DNA from: Squalus acanthias
Taxonomy: Eukaryota
Direction: 5' to 3'
Assembly: GCA_030390025.1 (NCBI GenBank)
Contig: CM059433.1
Span: forward strand, 108,376,001-108,440,000
Length of the DNA stretch: 64,000 bases
Shown: positions 1 to 12,758 of the stretch, piece by piece
How the letters are laid out: the number at the start of each line of letters is the position of its first letter
Numbering within the stretch: position 1 is the stretch's first letter
Notes under the pieces: model-generated
Told to the model about the DNA's origin: nothing
Databases searched by the model: none
The model's input: only the letters and a program-made list of their open reading frames with translations
Translations under genes and position numbers: made by a program

Positions 1-24
1 AGCAGAAGAATGAAAAGGAAAAAA

Positions 25-330
25 GAACGGTCACTTATTTGGCACCTTATCATGCTCTTAGGACATCCTCGAGCGCTTTACATCTAATGAATTACTTTCT
101 GAAGTGCAGTCACTGTTGTTGTCTAGGCAAACACAGCAGCCAGTTTGTGCACAGTGATGAACGGTAATTCCGTAAACAGTAAATGAGATGAATGACCATT
201 GACACTCTTTTTGATGGTGTTGGTTGAGGAAGGAATGTTGGTTAGGACACCAGCAGAGCTTCCTGCTCTTCAAATAGTACCATTGGGATTTTTTGTGATC
301 ATCTGAATAGATGTAACAGAAATTAAGCAT
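25..330 (-). mobile_element. SacSINE1-like DeuSINE, degenerate 3' part
   Basis: Reverse complement resembles the body and tail of the better-preserved copy at 50635-51080. Confidence 0.6.
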
Positions 331-1074
331 TTGCCTAAGATTTAGCTTGGTATTGCTTCTTTAATTCTAATATAGCACATAATGGGTTAAAAAAAGCTTC
401 ACTCATGGAAATGATATCCCAGCCTAACTTGTTGCAACAGTCATTTGGCTTGTCTGTTGTTGGGACAATGTTATTCAATTCAAATAAAAACACATTTTGG
501 GATTTGTTCAAATATGTTTGTCAGCTTTAAAAACAGACTTCTTTGAATTTGTTCAGTCCCAGTCAAGTTTTAGAAGGGATGTATTAGCCTGTCTATTTCA
601 AATCAATGTCTGTTTGACCTTCAAAGAGGGATAGTCAAATGAAGTAACTTCTGTAGATTGTAAGAAAAGGCAAAGAGCTGCTATGTAAAAAAAAAAAATT
701 ACTTGTATGATAGTTTACCACAGTAGCGTGAACCGTTTACTACTTTCTACTATACGAGAAGTTAACGAAGCTTAATAATTATTGTAAAATTACATGTGTG
801 ACTGCTACTGTTCACTTGTTCTTTTACTGTTAAGAATTTGACTGTTAAAGCCTAAATAAATATCTAGTGTAGTGTTGTTATTCTCCCTTCTGAAGATAAG
901 AATAACATGATAAAGCCAGCCCTGTAATAAACTGAAGAGTGTACTTTGTTTGTTCCTGGCCACACTATGTATTTATCTAGCTATCTGGGCAAGTGAAAAC
1001 CGTCTTCTAGGACATAGGAAACTAGGAAAACAAAGAAGCCAAAAATAGCTAGAGTAAAGAAGTCCCAAAGTCAG

Positions 1075-1235
1075 ATTGGGCCTCAGTTTAATTCCTCATC
1101 CAAAATACAGCATCACCAACAACACAGCACTCCCTCCGTACTGCACTAAACTGTCTGCTTAGATTTTGTCCTCAAGTCCTGGAGTGGGGCTTCAACCTAC
1201 ACCTTCTGAATTAGAGGCGAGTGCTAGCAATTGAG
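1075..1235 (-). mobile_element. SacSINE1-like DeuSINE 5' part
   Basis: Shares ctcaagtcctggagtggg...accttctga with the copy at 18375-18820. Confidence 0.65.
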
Positions 1236-2072
1236 CTGGAAATATCAATCAGTGAGATAAAAATACTGCAGTCTTGTGACCCATGACATAAGTGAGATGG
1301 AATCCACCTATAAGAGAGTGACACTGATGGCAGACTCAAAATCAAGCTGGCGAATCCAGTGGCATAAACTATATATAACCTTAAAATATGAAAACAAGTC
1401 AGGTTTAGCTACTGTGTTGCCATGATAATGGAATAGGAGATAGAAATTCAATGGTCAATAGTGCTGGAGTAGAGGTAGCAGAGGTATTAATGTAGCTTCA
1501 CCAGCCAGAGTTCATCTGTCAAATATAGATTGCAGATATAGTTTGGATCCCTGTGGTTTGAATTTTGAGTACGGCACTTTTCCAAATTGGTCATGGATTC
1601 AGATAGCAGAACTTTTTAATCCGCAAGCGCTGCTGGTTTTTTATTGAGTCTCCACGGTTTTCATTTGAGTGCTTTGGAGAGGTAACTTGGATCTGTGAAG
1701 CATCTTTCAATATGAAGATATGGTGGAAAGGAAAAGTGAAAATTCTTAAACATAGCATGTATACCTGAAATAAAAAACACAAGGAATGTTTTGAATTGTA
1801 AAGATTTGTTGTGATGTTGAATTTTGAAATGAGTTATTCCACCCCACCATTCGCTCTCCTCCTCTTCTCCCCCTACCCACACATCATTACATCTCCCTTG
1901 ATCATGCATTACTTCATATCTTCCATGCTCCTCTAAGCTAACTACCAGAAAGTGTATCAGGAGTCTATTGAAAGCTAGGCCTAGAATTAAAGTTTTCAAA
2001 ATTAATATTGTATTTTAAAAGACTAAATGCTGTTTGGAATAATCAAGTTAATCTGCTATACTTTTATTTTAG

Positions 2073-2100
2073 GAAGCAGAGCCTGGCATGCTAGCAAAAG
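2073..2100 (+). CDS. CEP162: CEP162 internal coding exon (28-nt micro-exon, EAEPGMLAK/V)
   Basis: Acceptor ttttattttag and donor AAG|gtaagt. Joins the next exon in phase to give PGMLAKVVLLDSLDS, matching recalled human CEP162 TGMLANVVLLDSLDS. Confidence 0.85.
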
Positions 2101-2929
2101 GTAAGTGCTATCTCTTCATATGTTCGAAGAATCATTTAGGTCTGAGATTTGTTTCAATTCTTACTATAGTCTTTAAAAAATATATTTACTGATCTAAGAA
2201 GCCATTTTCAAACACTGGCCAAAGTGTTATAAATGTACAAAATAAGTTTGCCTAACTTGTAGGACATTTCTAATACTTTGAATGATAGCAATTTTCACAG
2301 ACTGTAAGAACATGTCCAATCTTAATTGGTTCTGGGAAATTGCATGTTATTTTTGTCCTGGTGTCATTGGGACTGGCCCCTGGTTCTCCGCCCTGTGTAA
2401 AGGCCCAGGTTCTGCACAATATTTCAATTCTTTATGATCTGCATCTCCTGAAGACAACTTCTTTTAAAACCCTTACCATAAAACGCCAATGACTCCAGAA
2501 GGGTATGTGTGGGAGGAATTGAGGTGTGTGATGGTTGCCATCATTCAAAGAATGATGGGGCAACCACAGGTAGGTAATCTTACTTTCTTTGTCATTTGAG
2601 CATCCCTCATATCAAAGGAGAATCCTAGCTGGGATACAGGAACATTTAGCCCATTGAGCTTGCTTTTTCATTTTTGTCTGTATGGCAACTTTTTAAATCC
2701 CAATTCCCTGCCTTTTCTCCTTCTCCCTTTAACACCTTTACTTCCCAAGTAAGAATTTATCTCCTTTCAAATACCTAAGTTGACTTCTATGGCTTACTAG
2801 GCAGTGTGTTCCACACTGTCAGAACCGTTTATGTGGAGAAAGTTTATTCTTTGATTTGCTTTTAACTGCTGTAGCTCAGATTCTAAGATTGTCACCTTAT
2901 TGTGATGTTACAATTTCCTCCAACAGAAC

Positions 2930-3610
2930 ATGAGAAAGACCAAAGTTATCATTTCCAGGCCCCGCTATTGCCTCCATTCACTCGCCACTAATTCCACCTC
3001 CTCCAGCCACTTGCTCGAACTGAACCAGATTACAAAACAGTGGTGTGCTATTCAACCCCACAGCCTATTCATCAGAGGACCACCTATTTCCACATGCGTA
3101 ACATTGATCACCTCCACCCACTACTTCAGTCTTTCCGCTGCCGAAACCTTTCTCCATGCTTTGTCACTTTCAGACTCGATTACTCCAACTTCTTGGTGGC
3201 CTCCTATCCTCCACAAACTCAAACTTTTCCGAAACACAGCTGCCTGTACCCTGCCCGCTTACCCATCACTCCTGTCTTTGCTGACCTACACTGTGTCCCT
3301 GAATTTTAAACTTCTTGTCCTTGTCTTTACATCCCTTCATGCCCTTGCCCCACCCTTTCTTTACACCTTCCTCCACTCATCAATCCATTCCCCCACTACC
3401 AACTCTGAATGGCTTTTTGTGCACCCCCCTCGCCCCACAATTGATCGTACTTTCAGCCATCTCAGCCCTACACTCTGGAATTTCCTCTTGAAACCCCTCC
3501 ACCTCTCCCCTTTTCTCTCAACCTTTAGAGACCTTCTAAAAACTCATCTTTTTGACCAAGTTTTCAGCCACTCTTCCTAATCTTTCCTTCTATGGATTGG
3601 CATCCATTTC
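2930..3610 (+). mobile_element. L2-type LINE 3' remnant
   Basis: Degenerate C-terminal motifs (SRLDYSN; PTLWNFL...FRDLLKTHLF) in ORFs 2930..3580 and 3040..3309. Confidence 0.7.
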
Positions 3611-3619
3611 TCTATCAGT

Positions 3620-6600
3620 GTGGAGGACGAATTCATGGAATGTATGCAAGATAGTTTTCTAGATCAGTAAGTTGAGGAACCAACTAGGGAACAGGCTATT
3701 TTAGATCTAGTATTGTGCAATGAGAAAGTGTTAATTAATAACCTTGTAGTAAAGGGGCCTTTAGGGAAGAGTGACCATAATATGATAGAATTTTATATTG
3801 AGTTTGAAAGTAATTTAGTTAAATCCGAAACTAGGGTCTTAAATCTAAACAAAGCAAACTACGTAGGTATGAGGGGCGAGTTGGCTAAGGTAGATTGGGA
3901 AACTACATTGAAAGGTATGATGGTAGACAAGCAATGGCTAGCATTTAAAGAATTAATACATAATTTACAACAAATATACATTCCTTTTAAGGCACAAAAA
4001 CCCCACAGGAAAAGTGGTCCAACCGTGGCTAACGAGAAGTTAAAGATAGTATTAGATCAAAGGAAGAGGTTTATAATGTTGCCAAAAAGAGTAGTAAGCC
4101 TGAGGATTGGGAGGATTTTAGAACTCAACAAAGGAGGATAAAGAAAGGGAAAATAGAATGAGAGTAAACTAGCGAGAGACATAAAAACAGACTGTAAAAG
4201 CTTTTATAGGTAGCAAAAATAAATGTGGGTCCCTTACAGGCTGAGACAGGAGAAATTATAATGGGGAATAAGGAAATGGCAGAGAAATTAAACAAATACT
4301 TTGGCCACGATTTTGCCGGTGCTCAGAAGCCGAGTTCGGAGGCGGGTCAGCTGTTAAGTTCGCAATGATTGACAGCGGGTTGTAAACCCACCACGATCCT
4401 GCCTCCGTGTGAGTTTCCAAAGTGTCGGGTCTGGGATCCCAGAACAGACCCGACACCAAGCAGTGGATTTAAGACACTTAACTCCTTGTTAAGTGCTTGG
4501 TAATTGCTATTTTGACAGCCTTTTCCTATTGTCCCACATTTTAAACGGGTTTCAAGACATTCGGAGATCACGTCAGGTAAGTATGTTGGGAGTAGCAGCG
4601 AGCTGCATAGTTCACAGCTGCAACTGCAGTATAAAAGCTGAACTCTCACATCTGTTCACTTTCAAATGTCAGAGGTTGCTGATTTCAGGATTTGGAAGAC
4701 ACATTTGATCTGTCTGGATGCTGTAAGTGTGTGGTATTAAATCTATATGCACTGTCACTTCCTTGGAGCAAGCTCTCTCACCATTGACAGATCGCTTCTG
4801 CCATCTCAAATTCAGCTGCCATCTATTCCACAACATCGGTGCCCTTGAAAATATCTCACCTTGGTCCTCTGAATCCCTCCACGATCAGCCCCAACACCAA
4901 CATCACCAGGCATACCAACATCACCAACAACAACAACCTTCTACGCAATCACCTGATGCTGCACAGGACATAGGGCATCAGCACCCGACCACATTGCTGC
5001 CCGGGAGGCCAGCGATGGCATTACCGTGGCCAGATTTACTTCACTTGACACTGTACACCCTGGCTGTCACATGATGTGCCAGGTTAACACCACCCCACAC
5101 CAGCACCATAAGACATTCCTACAATGACCAAGCCATTCCTTTCACACTCATCACCATTGCAGGGGATACCGTTATGTCTCACCATTCACTGCAACTCACA
5201 AAGACACTTCCAAAGGTGAACGCAGATCTGTACAATAAGGCAAAGTGTTGAAAATAAAGATTTCAATGTTTGACAACAGAATAACAGAAAATTTACATGA
5301 ACATTGTATAACACACCGAAGTGCCTACCCTTGTGTATTGTTAGTTGGTATGATTGGACTAGGATGAGGGCGAGTGAGATGGGGAAGTGATAATTTAGAT
5401 AGAGAGTGATGGGTGGAGGTGCAAGATAAGTTGGTGTGAGTAAGGATGTGCAGGAGTAGGGTAGGGAAGGCAGAGTGATGGGAATGTGATGAGTGGCACA
5501 GCAGGATGAGGTTGAGTGTGGCTTTGCAGTAACATTTTGTGATCTACTGAGATCATTGAAAGGTTTGCACCACTGCAGCCTGGTCCTCCTGTTGACATCC
5601 CTGCTTGTGCCCTCCTGTGCAATTTGCAACCAGGCCGCATTGGTGTCCTAGGGAGGTCTCTTATGCCCATTGGAAGGGAAGAGAACCTCATGCGAGAGCT
5701 TGGGTGCAGCCGTGCAAATTTGTGCAGTGCTTGTCCGTGTTTGCTGCACCTCAATGCTGCAGAACACTGACAGCACCACTGTCAAAATCAATGTGCCCGC
5801 GGTCCCTTTAAGGAAACCGGCTGATGACTCATCATGAAATGAAGTCACTAGACCCGCTTCCTATTAATTGGCCGGGAACCCCGCAGGGCGGGCTTAACAA
5901 GGCCAATCTACAGAAAATCCTTTTCACAGAGCGGGACCGGAACCCGCCAACCAGCTCTCCCACTGCCATCCCGCCTCCGCTGGGAAAATCCTGCCCTTTG
6001 TGTCTGTCTTCACGGAAGAAGATGCAAAATACTTCCCGGAAATAGTGAAGAACCAAGAGTCTAGTGAGAATGAGGAACTGAAAGAAATTAGTAAAAAAAA
6101 ATAGTACTGGAGAAATTAATGGGACTGAAAGCCGATAAATCCCCTGGACCTGATGGCCTACATCCTAGGGTTTTTGAAAGAGGTGGCTATAGAGATAGTG
6201 GATGCATTGGTTGTCATTTTCCAAAATCCCATAGATTCTAGAATGGTTCCCACGGATTGGAAGGTAGCAAATGTAACCCCACTATTTAAGAAAGGAGGGA
6301 GAGAGAAAACGGGGAATTACAGACCAGTTAGCCTAGTGGATGCAGGGAGGATGTTTCCCCTGGCTGGGGAGTCTAGAACCAGAGGTCACAGTCTCAGAAT
6401 AAGGGGTTGGCCATTTAGGATTGAGATGAGGAGAAATTTCTTCACTCAGAGGGTGGTGAATCTTTGGAATTCTCTACCCCAGAGGGCTGTGGAGGCTCAG
6501 TCGTTGAGTATATTCAAGACAGAGATCGATAGACTTTTGAATATTAAGGGAATCAAGGGATATAGGGATAGTGCAGGGAAGTGGAGATGAGGTAGAAGAT

Positions 6601-6685
6601 CAGCCATGATCTTATTGAATGGCGGAGCAGGCTCGAAGGGCCAAATGGCCTACTCCTGCTCCTATTTCTTATGTTCTTATGTTCC
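3620..6685 (+). mobile_element. CR1 LINE, 5'-truncated, internally deleted, split by a Harbinger insertion at 4303-5996
   Basis: EN C-terminus [29 protein letters not shown] fused directly to the C-terminal RTRGHSL...WNSLPQ, and a CR1 3' tail (tatgttct repeats). Confidence 0.9.
4303..5996. mobile_element. PIF/Harbinger DNA transposon, internally deleted, with decayed Myb/SANT ORF on the minus strand
   Basis: Imperfect TIRs ggccacgattttgcc / ggaaaatcctgccc. TTT TSD (4300-4302, 5997-5999); removing the element restores the CR1 sequence. Minus-strand fragments EVLFPSNGHKRP and RRTRLQWCKPFNDL resemble the Harbinger Myb protein. Confidence 0.8.
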
Positions 6686-8366
6686 ATCTGAAGTGCATTG
6701 GGATATTTTTTTACATTAATGACGCCGTATATTGTTCCCCCTCAAGAGGCGATATTAATTGCATATTTACCTTGATAACCAATGCTTTCTTTGCAACATT
6801 TTTATTTAGATGTTTTCCATGCCCAATGGGGGAAATTGCCTAACAGGGGATTGCTTCCACAGCTGGGCTAGAGATAATTTTGGAGCCTTCTGTATAAATT
6901 GACCTTTTCATTTGCTTCCAGCAGAGGGGGAGAGAGAGAGAAGGGAGGCAGATTGAACAGATGGATAAAAAGTAAAATACCAGAAATCTGAAATGAGAAC
7001 AGAGAGGCTGGAAACACATCACATGTCAATCAGCATCTGTGGAGAGAATAGACAGTCAACATTTTGTTTTCTTACCATTCTTCAGAACTGAAGAATAAGA
7101 GACAGATGAGTGTATTAGGATCAGAAAAAGGGGGAGAGGAGAGAAACAAATAAAATGAGCATGCAAACAAGTATCAGTGGAATTATTGGTAGATGATGTT
7201 ACAGATCATATCAGTCAAGCATTAGAGATATTAAAGAACTAAGACATTAAACAAACAAAGGACATATGAATAACTAAGGTGGTCTTAGAAAAATGCAAAA
7301 ACGAGAGGGATGGGAACATAGAAAACCTAGGGAAGAGATTTGAAATATAAACAAAAGATGCTGGCAACGTTCTTAGCATCCACCAGCTCCACAAAGAGAG
7401 AGAACAGATCAGCAGGGAGGCTTGCCAACAGATAAAATAAAGCCTAGGCAATTTGGAGGTTGATCAATCAGTAGTGCTGGTAAGCAACAGGTCCTGAGCC
7501 GATAGTACCGTCCACTCTTCCTGAGATTAATCAGATGGAAGCAATCTTGATATTCTAGATTGACATTGAGATCCCAACTCCTCAAAGGGAAAATAGACTC
7601 CTTCTAACTAGAATAACCCAGTATCATGGAGCTTGACTAAAAATTTGATAAAACTTTCACTTTGTCTCAAGGCCACAATTACATACTGCCAGGTAGGCAA
7701 ATTGATACAATTGAGAACAAATTTGAACAATCCTCATGTCCATCTGCAACAACTAGAATGTGTGATCACACTTCTTGCCTGTTTAACAGTCTTCATTCTG
7801 TGGCTAATTACCTCAAAGTATGAGTACCCCTTGTAATCTGTTTGAATAGAAATCCACCACTGTCTTCTAATTATTGTTTGATATTGGCAATTCCTCCTCC
7901 TCAGTTTCTGTGCAATGCATTCTTTTTTAGTTTGATTAGCTACCGATCAACCAGAGCATGATTAGGGGAAAGATCTTGCAGAACCCCACTGCAACCCGAG
8001 ATTGTTAGGGTATAAGGAAGCTTCTCTCTTTAGCAGGCTATAGAATACATTACTTACTGAGTCTGAGCGATTTAAAAGCTTTACCCAGCTATTAATATCT
8101 TAAAGACAACAGCAGCAGAGACCACAAGAGTGCATCCAAGGTCTGTTGTTCTAATTGCATTACATTTTCATACTGGAGTCTGGGTTCCTGCTTGAAGCCA
8201 GATTTTACATGTGTATGTTATTGGCAAGAAAAGATTTTGTTTGAAAACATTTCACTGACTGTGAGAAAGTACTTCAGAATTAAAATGATTTGAAATTGCT
8301 TAGATTTAAAAAAAAACAAGTTTCTCTTTAGTCAGAGCTGTTAATATCTGTTCTTGTAATTTGTAG

Positions 8367-8504
8367 TCGTACTGCTAGATTCACTTGATTCAACACTGGA
8401 TACACAAAAGTTATTACAATCTGAGGATGACAAATCTATGAAAAAAAATACAACGGATGAAAAACATGGACAGCAAGGCACAGGATCTCAAATGTATGCC
8501 ACTA
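8367..8504 (+). CDS. CEP162: CEP162 coding exon (VLLDSLDSTLDTQKLLQSEDD...QMYAT)
   Basis: Acceptor ttgtag, donor gtaagt, 138 nt, phase 1/1, conserved VVLLDSLDS motif. Confidence 0.9.
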
Positions 8505-8853
8505 GTAAGTAATAAATGATAATGATCTGGTCTACCATTGTGTCTGTCTGCACAATAAAGAAAATTATTGTACTAACCTATTAACTTCCACAAAAGTAAG
8601 AGAATTTTTGCTTAACTTTACACGTATATACCCATTGATGTCCATTTATATATACTTTCTCGAAGGGATTATCAGATTGTATGCACGAGAAAGGACTCCG
8701 GCTGATATATAAAGTATCTTAAAAATAATAGCATAGAATGAGGCCAGTCAGTCCATTATGGCTGTATTGTGTTGCAAGCCGGCCTAACCCAATGAAATTG
8801 AAACCAACTCCATTGCTGCCCTCATTGTAGTCAGCTAACTCAACATTGACAAA

Positions 8854-9620
8854 GGGCAGGAGTTTCCATTCGGTTGTGCTGTTTTTATTTTCAGTGCAAT
8901 TCACCCAAAATTGTCCAAACCGGTGCAAAAGATTGAGGAATTTTAAGTGCAAATTATGTTCAGCACAAATCGAGTTTCCACGATCTTTTGCGCTAATTTA
9001 AAAAACATTGCACAAGTTTAAAAACATTGTGCTAATAGCCAGCCCCACCCACAAAACTGGCCACGCACCCAGATCGAATTAATCACCAATGCGAGTTTCC
9101 GCTAATTGCACCTGTTTGCGGGCCTTCAAGGAGGCTCTTAAAATTAAGCTGTTATTTTTAGGTTCAAGGACACTAATAGGCAGGTTTTAAATGCTTTTAA
9201 CTTTTTTTTGAAATTTACTAAGAAACTGACTACTGTACACCAATGTAACTAGTAAATGGTCTGCATAGTTTTTAAAGTCATTTTCAGTTATTTAAAATCG
9301 TATTACAGTACTCACAGGTGGTGGACTAGACACTGATTAAAAATGCTGATTTTTTTTTGTGATAAACTCATTTTCAGCTGTATTAATAAAGTTGTACCAG
9401 GGTACCACTCTTAAATATATCAAGGAATATTTTTAAATGCAAAATAAAAAAATTACGTTCTGAAATGCTGCCTGATTGCGCTGGTTCATGGCAGATTTTC
9501 TGTTCAATGCAAATGAGTTTGAGTGAAAACTTGCAGAAAAAAATGTATCAAAACTAGCACAATTTTGAGCGCAATTTGTGCCCGGATCGTCGATTGCTCC
9601 CAAAGTGGAAACTCTTGGCC
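8854..9620. mobile_element. Harbinger-like MITE
   Basis: TIR gggcaggagtttccatt versus agtggaaactcttggcc, AAA TSD on both sides, AT-rich core. Confidence 0.75.
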
Positions 9621-10659
9621 AAAGAGTCAAATCTGGGGCCTCCTGACCAGTTTAGGCCAGTACCATGTTCTGCTTATACCTACTAAAGTATTGGGTAGTT
9701 CAGGCAAATTTCTTTACTAAAGGATTGCAAAAAAAAAGACACACATTGATTATTTTTGCTGAGTGCTGTAAGGCAGTTGTTAAGCATGGATAAACTGGAC
9801 AACCCTATAACACTGGAGTTTGAGCATTACAATATTGTAAAGGATCTGGGTTTGTAATCCAGACACAATCAATGTTTCAAAGCATCTTTTTCTGCATTTT
9901 CATAAAAGAATAAAAATCAAGCTCTATTATTAAAATCTACCTACTGAAACACAACAACAGAACTAATAACAAGTAAAGAATGATGCAATTTAAAGCATTT
10001 ACATATTAATGGTTCTCTATACCTGCGAGAGTAATTTCCTTCTGCTTTGTGGGAAATTGAGTATTAAACAAATTAAATTATTTTCTTTAAATCATCCTGG
10101 TTTTAACCCCAAAGGTACCATAATGAGTGTACTATTCTATGATTCTATGACCAACCAACAAAAAATAATACGCCATGGATGAAACACATCATATTCATGT
10201 TCACATGATGAGTTCGCAATTTGTTATATCGACTGTAAGGAAGTATTGAACAAAACCCAAGAGTTTGCTTATAGGGACGGTTGAGAAACACTGATTCCTG
10301 TTGAATTTTCTAAATGGTAAAAGAAATCACAAAGAAGATGTTGCAACTGTTGCATGTTTTGTAAAATGGCACATCAGCTTCTTTTGTTATATAGCCTGTC
10401 AATGGTTGATTAATGGGACAGGTAGGAAAACAGAAGGTCATAGTACAGCTGGAAACAAAAAATTACTTAGAAGTGGAAAAGCTTATATATTAAAAAGAAT
10501 TTAGTTGCATAGACTTTGAAAGAAATATATGCTTAGATAAAATTGCTGTTATCAAATAATCTATTAAGTAGAGTAGCCAATATGCCATTATCTTTTGACG
10601 TCAACATAACGATTACTGCATCAAATTTGGAAAGCAATTTTTATGCTCTCTCTTTTCAG

Positions 10660-10845
10660 GTATTTCCTATGGGCAAACTAATAGCGATATTGAGGCCTTG
10701 CATCAGGCATATTGTAATATTGATCAATCTTTGGAAGGCACAGATGTAGGGCAAGGTACATTAAATGGAAAAAGCACCAACTTCGTTCTAGATCTTCAGA
10801 GCCATGTTAAGGACTCAGCAAAGAATGTTTCTACTGCAGAATCTG
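10660..10845 (+). CDS. CEP162: CEP162 coding exon (ISYGQTNSDIEALHQAYCNI...KNVSTAES)
   Basis: Acceptor tcttttcag, donor gtaagc, 186 nt, phase 1/1. Matches recalled human VSYGQSSSDVEALHQAYCHI...KNISTMES. Confidence 0.93.
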
Positions 10846-10964
10846 GTAAGCACCAAATTGAGTTGGATTTGAGCTGTGAAATCACAAATGCTAATTGAGT
10901 TGATTCATAAGCAGTAAATATAATCACATGGATAAAATGCTATTGGGTTCTTTTGATGATTACT

Positions 10965-12610
10965 CATACGAACATACAAACAATGACGGACAGGTAAAGA
11001 CACTCTGGTCCATCGAGCCTGTCCCACACAATTGTCATACCTTGTGTATCACAATATATACACTCTCCACCCCACCCAAAACCATGTGATCTCCTGGGAG
11101 AGACAAAAAAACAGGCCAATTTGGGGGGGGAAATTTGGGAAATTCCTCTCCTACCCATCTAGGCGATGGAAACTAGTCCAGGAGATCACTTTGGCCCTGA
11201 ATTCCCTGCAGTACATACCTTCTGTAAGAGGTTATCTCCGCCCCAGCCAGAAACCGGTCCAGCTCTCGCTTGAAGGACTTCAGTGAATCTGCATCCACCG
11301 CACGAGACGGCAGCCTGTTCCAGAGGTCCACTATTTTCTGGGAAAAGAACTACCTCCTGACATCTAACCTAGATCTGGCCTTATACAACTTAAATTTGTG
11401 ACCCCTGGTCCTCCCTAACCTATTTAATTTGAACTTCTGCCTAAGTAGAAGATTTAATTTGAACAAACTGTCAACTGGAACACGATCTATTCCCTTCATT
11501 ATCTTATAAACCTCAATCAGATCACCTCTAAGTCTACGCTTCTCTAAAGTGCAGAGTCCCAACTCTTTCAGCCTATTTTGATAACTAAGATGCTTTAAAC
11601 TGGGAATTAGTCTAGTGGCCCTCCTCTGTACCCTTTCTAAAGCCTCAATATCACCCACCATGTGTGGAGACCAAAACTGGACACAGTATTCCAAGTGCGG
11701 CCTGACCAAGTTCTTGTATGCCTTGTCTTGTACTCAATTGTCCTGTGGATACACCCCAACACCCTATTTGCTCTAGCTATCGCTTCATGGCATTGCTCAT
11801 GTACCTTTAGAGATGTATGCACTAGAATGCTCAAATCCCTTTCTGTCTCCACCTTCTTCAATGCTTTTTCCTGAAGGGCGTATGAATGTTGAGCATTTGC
11901 CCTGCCCACATGCATAACACTGCACTTATCCAAGCTATACATCATTTGCCAGTTACGAGCCCAATCTTCCAACACATTGATCCACCTGAAGCAGACGAGC
12001 ATCGTCTACAGTCCTAACACTCGCACAGATCTCAGTATCATCTGCAAATTTGCAGATCGTGCCCCCAACACCTACATCCAGATGATTAGTAAAGAGCAAC
12101 AGTCACAACACCAAACCCTACAGGGCACCACTGGTGACCGTTCCCCAAACACATCCAAATCCATCTATAACTACTTTTTGGCTATATCCTGCCGACCAGT
12201 TCTCAATTCAGCTCAATATATTACCACTAATACCAGAGGCTTCAATCTTATAGAGAAGCCTCTTGTGTGGTACCTTATCAAAAGCTTTCTGGAAATATAA
12301 CTAGACAATGCGCCGTAATTTGCGGCCCCTACGGATGTGTACGAGGTATCTACACGCCCATAGGGGCTCACAAGTTCTGGGTTTAGGCATGCGCTGTGCA
12401 TACGCTAAAACCCGGAACTTGCGATCTGTCAGGAATTTTCTTGACAGATGATCCGCATCCCCGGGAAAAGGGCATCTGCGGGTGGAGAGTTCTGCCCAGA
12501 GATCATTGTCTACTGGACTTCCCTTATCCACCAACTTTGTAACTTGTTCAAAAAAAACTCCCGTGAGTGTAGTAAGGATTTTTTTCCAGCATTTAACAGA
12601 GCCTAAAGGT
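10965..12610 (-). mobile_element. CR1 LINE 3' half (distinct subfamily), interrupted at ~12310-12507
   Basis: VRPHLEYCVQFWSP...RRLRGDLIEVYK...RTRGHKFKL in ORF 11350..11709. Confidence 0.9.
12310..12507. mobile_element. Truncated Harbinger-like MITE fragment
   Basis: Interrupts the CR1 RT region and shares the caagttctgg...ccggaacttg hairpin with the 33515-34253 element. Confidence 0.6.
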
Positions 12611-12758
12611 TTGTGACTAGGAAGGTAAAAGAATATTTGAAACTGGCAACCATATAGTTTGCAACTTGATCCTTTTATTGTGTTCGACCAAGTCTTTGAT
12701 GTACGCAATGTCTCTCGCAGTAGACATGCAACAACAACAACTTGTATTTGCAGAGAAA

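Noticed and set aside
1-35. Purine-rich start that could be the end of an upstream CEP162 exon
   Set aside because: Only a weak donor (gtcact), and it abuts the decayed tail of an antisense SINE.
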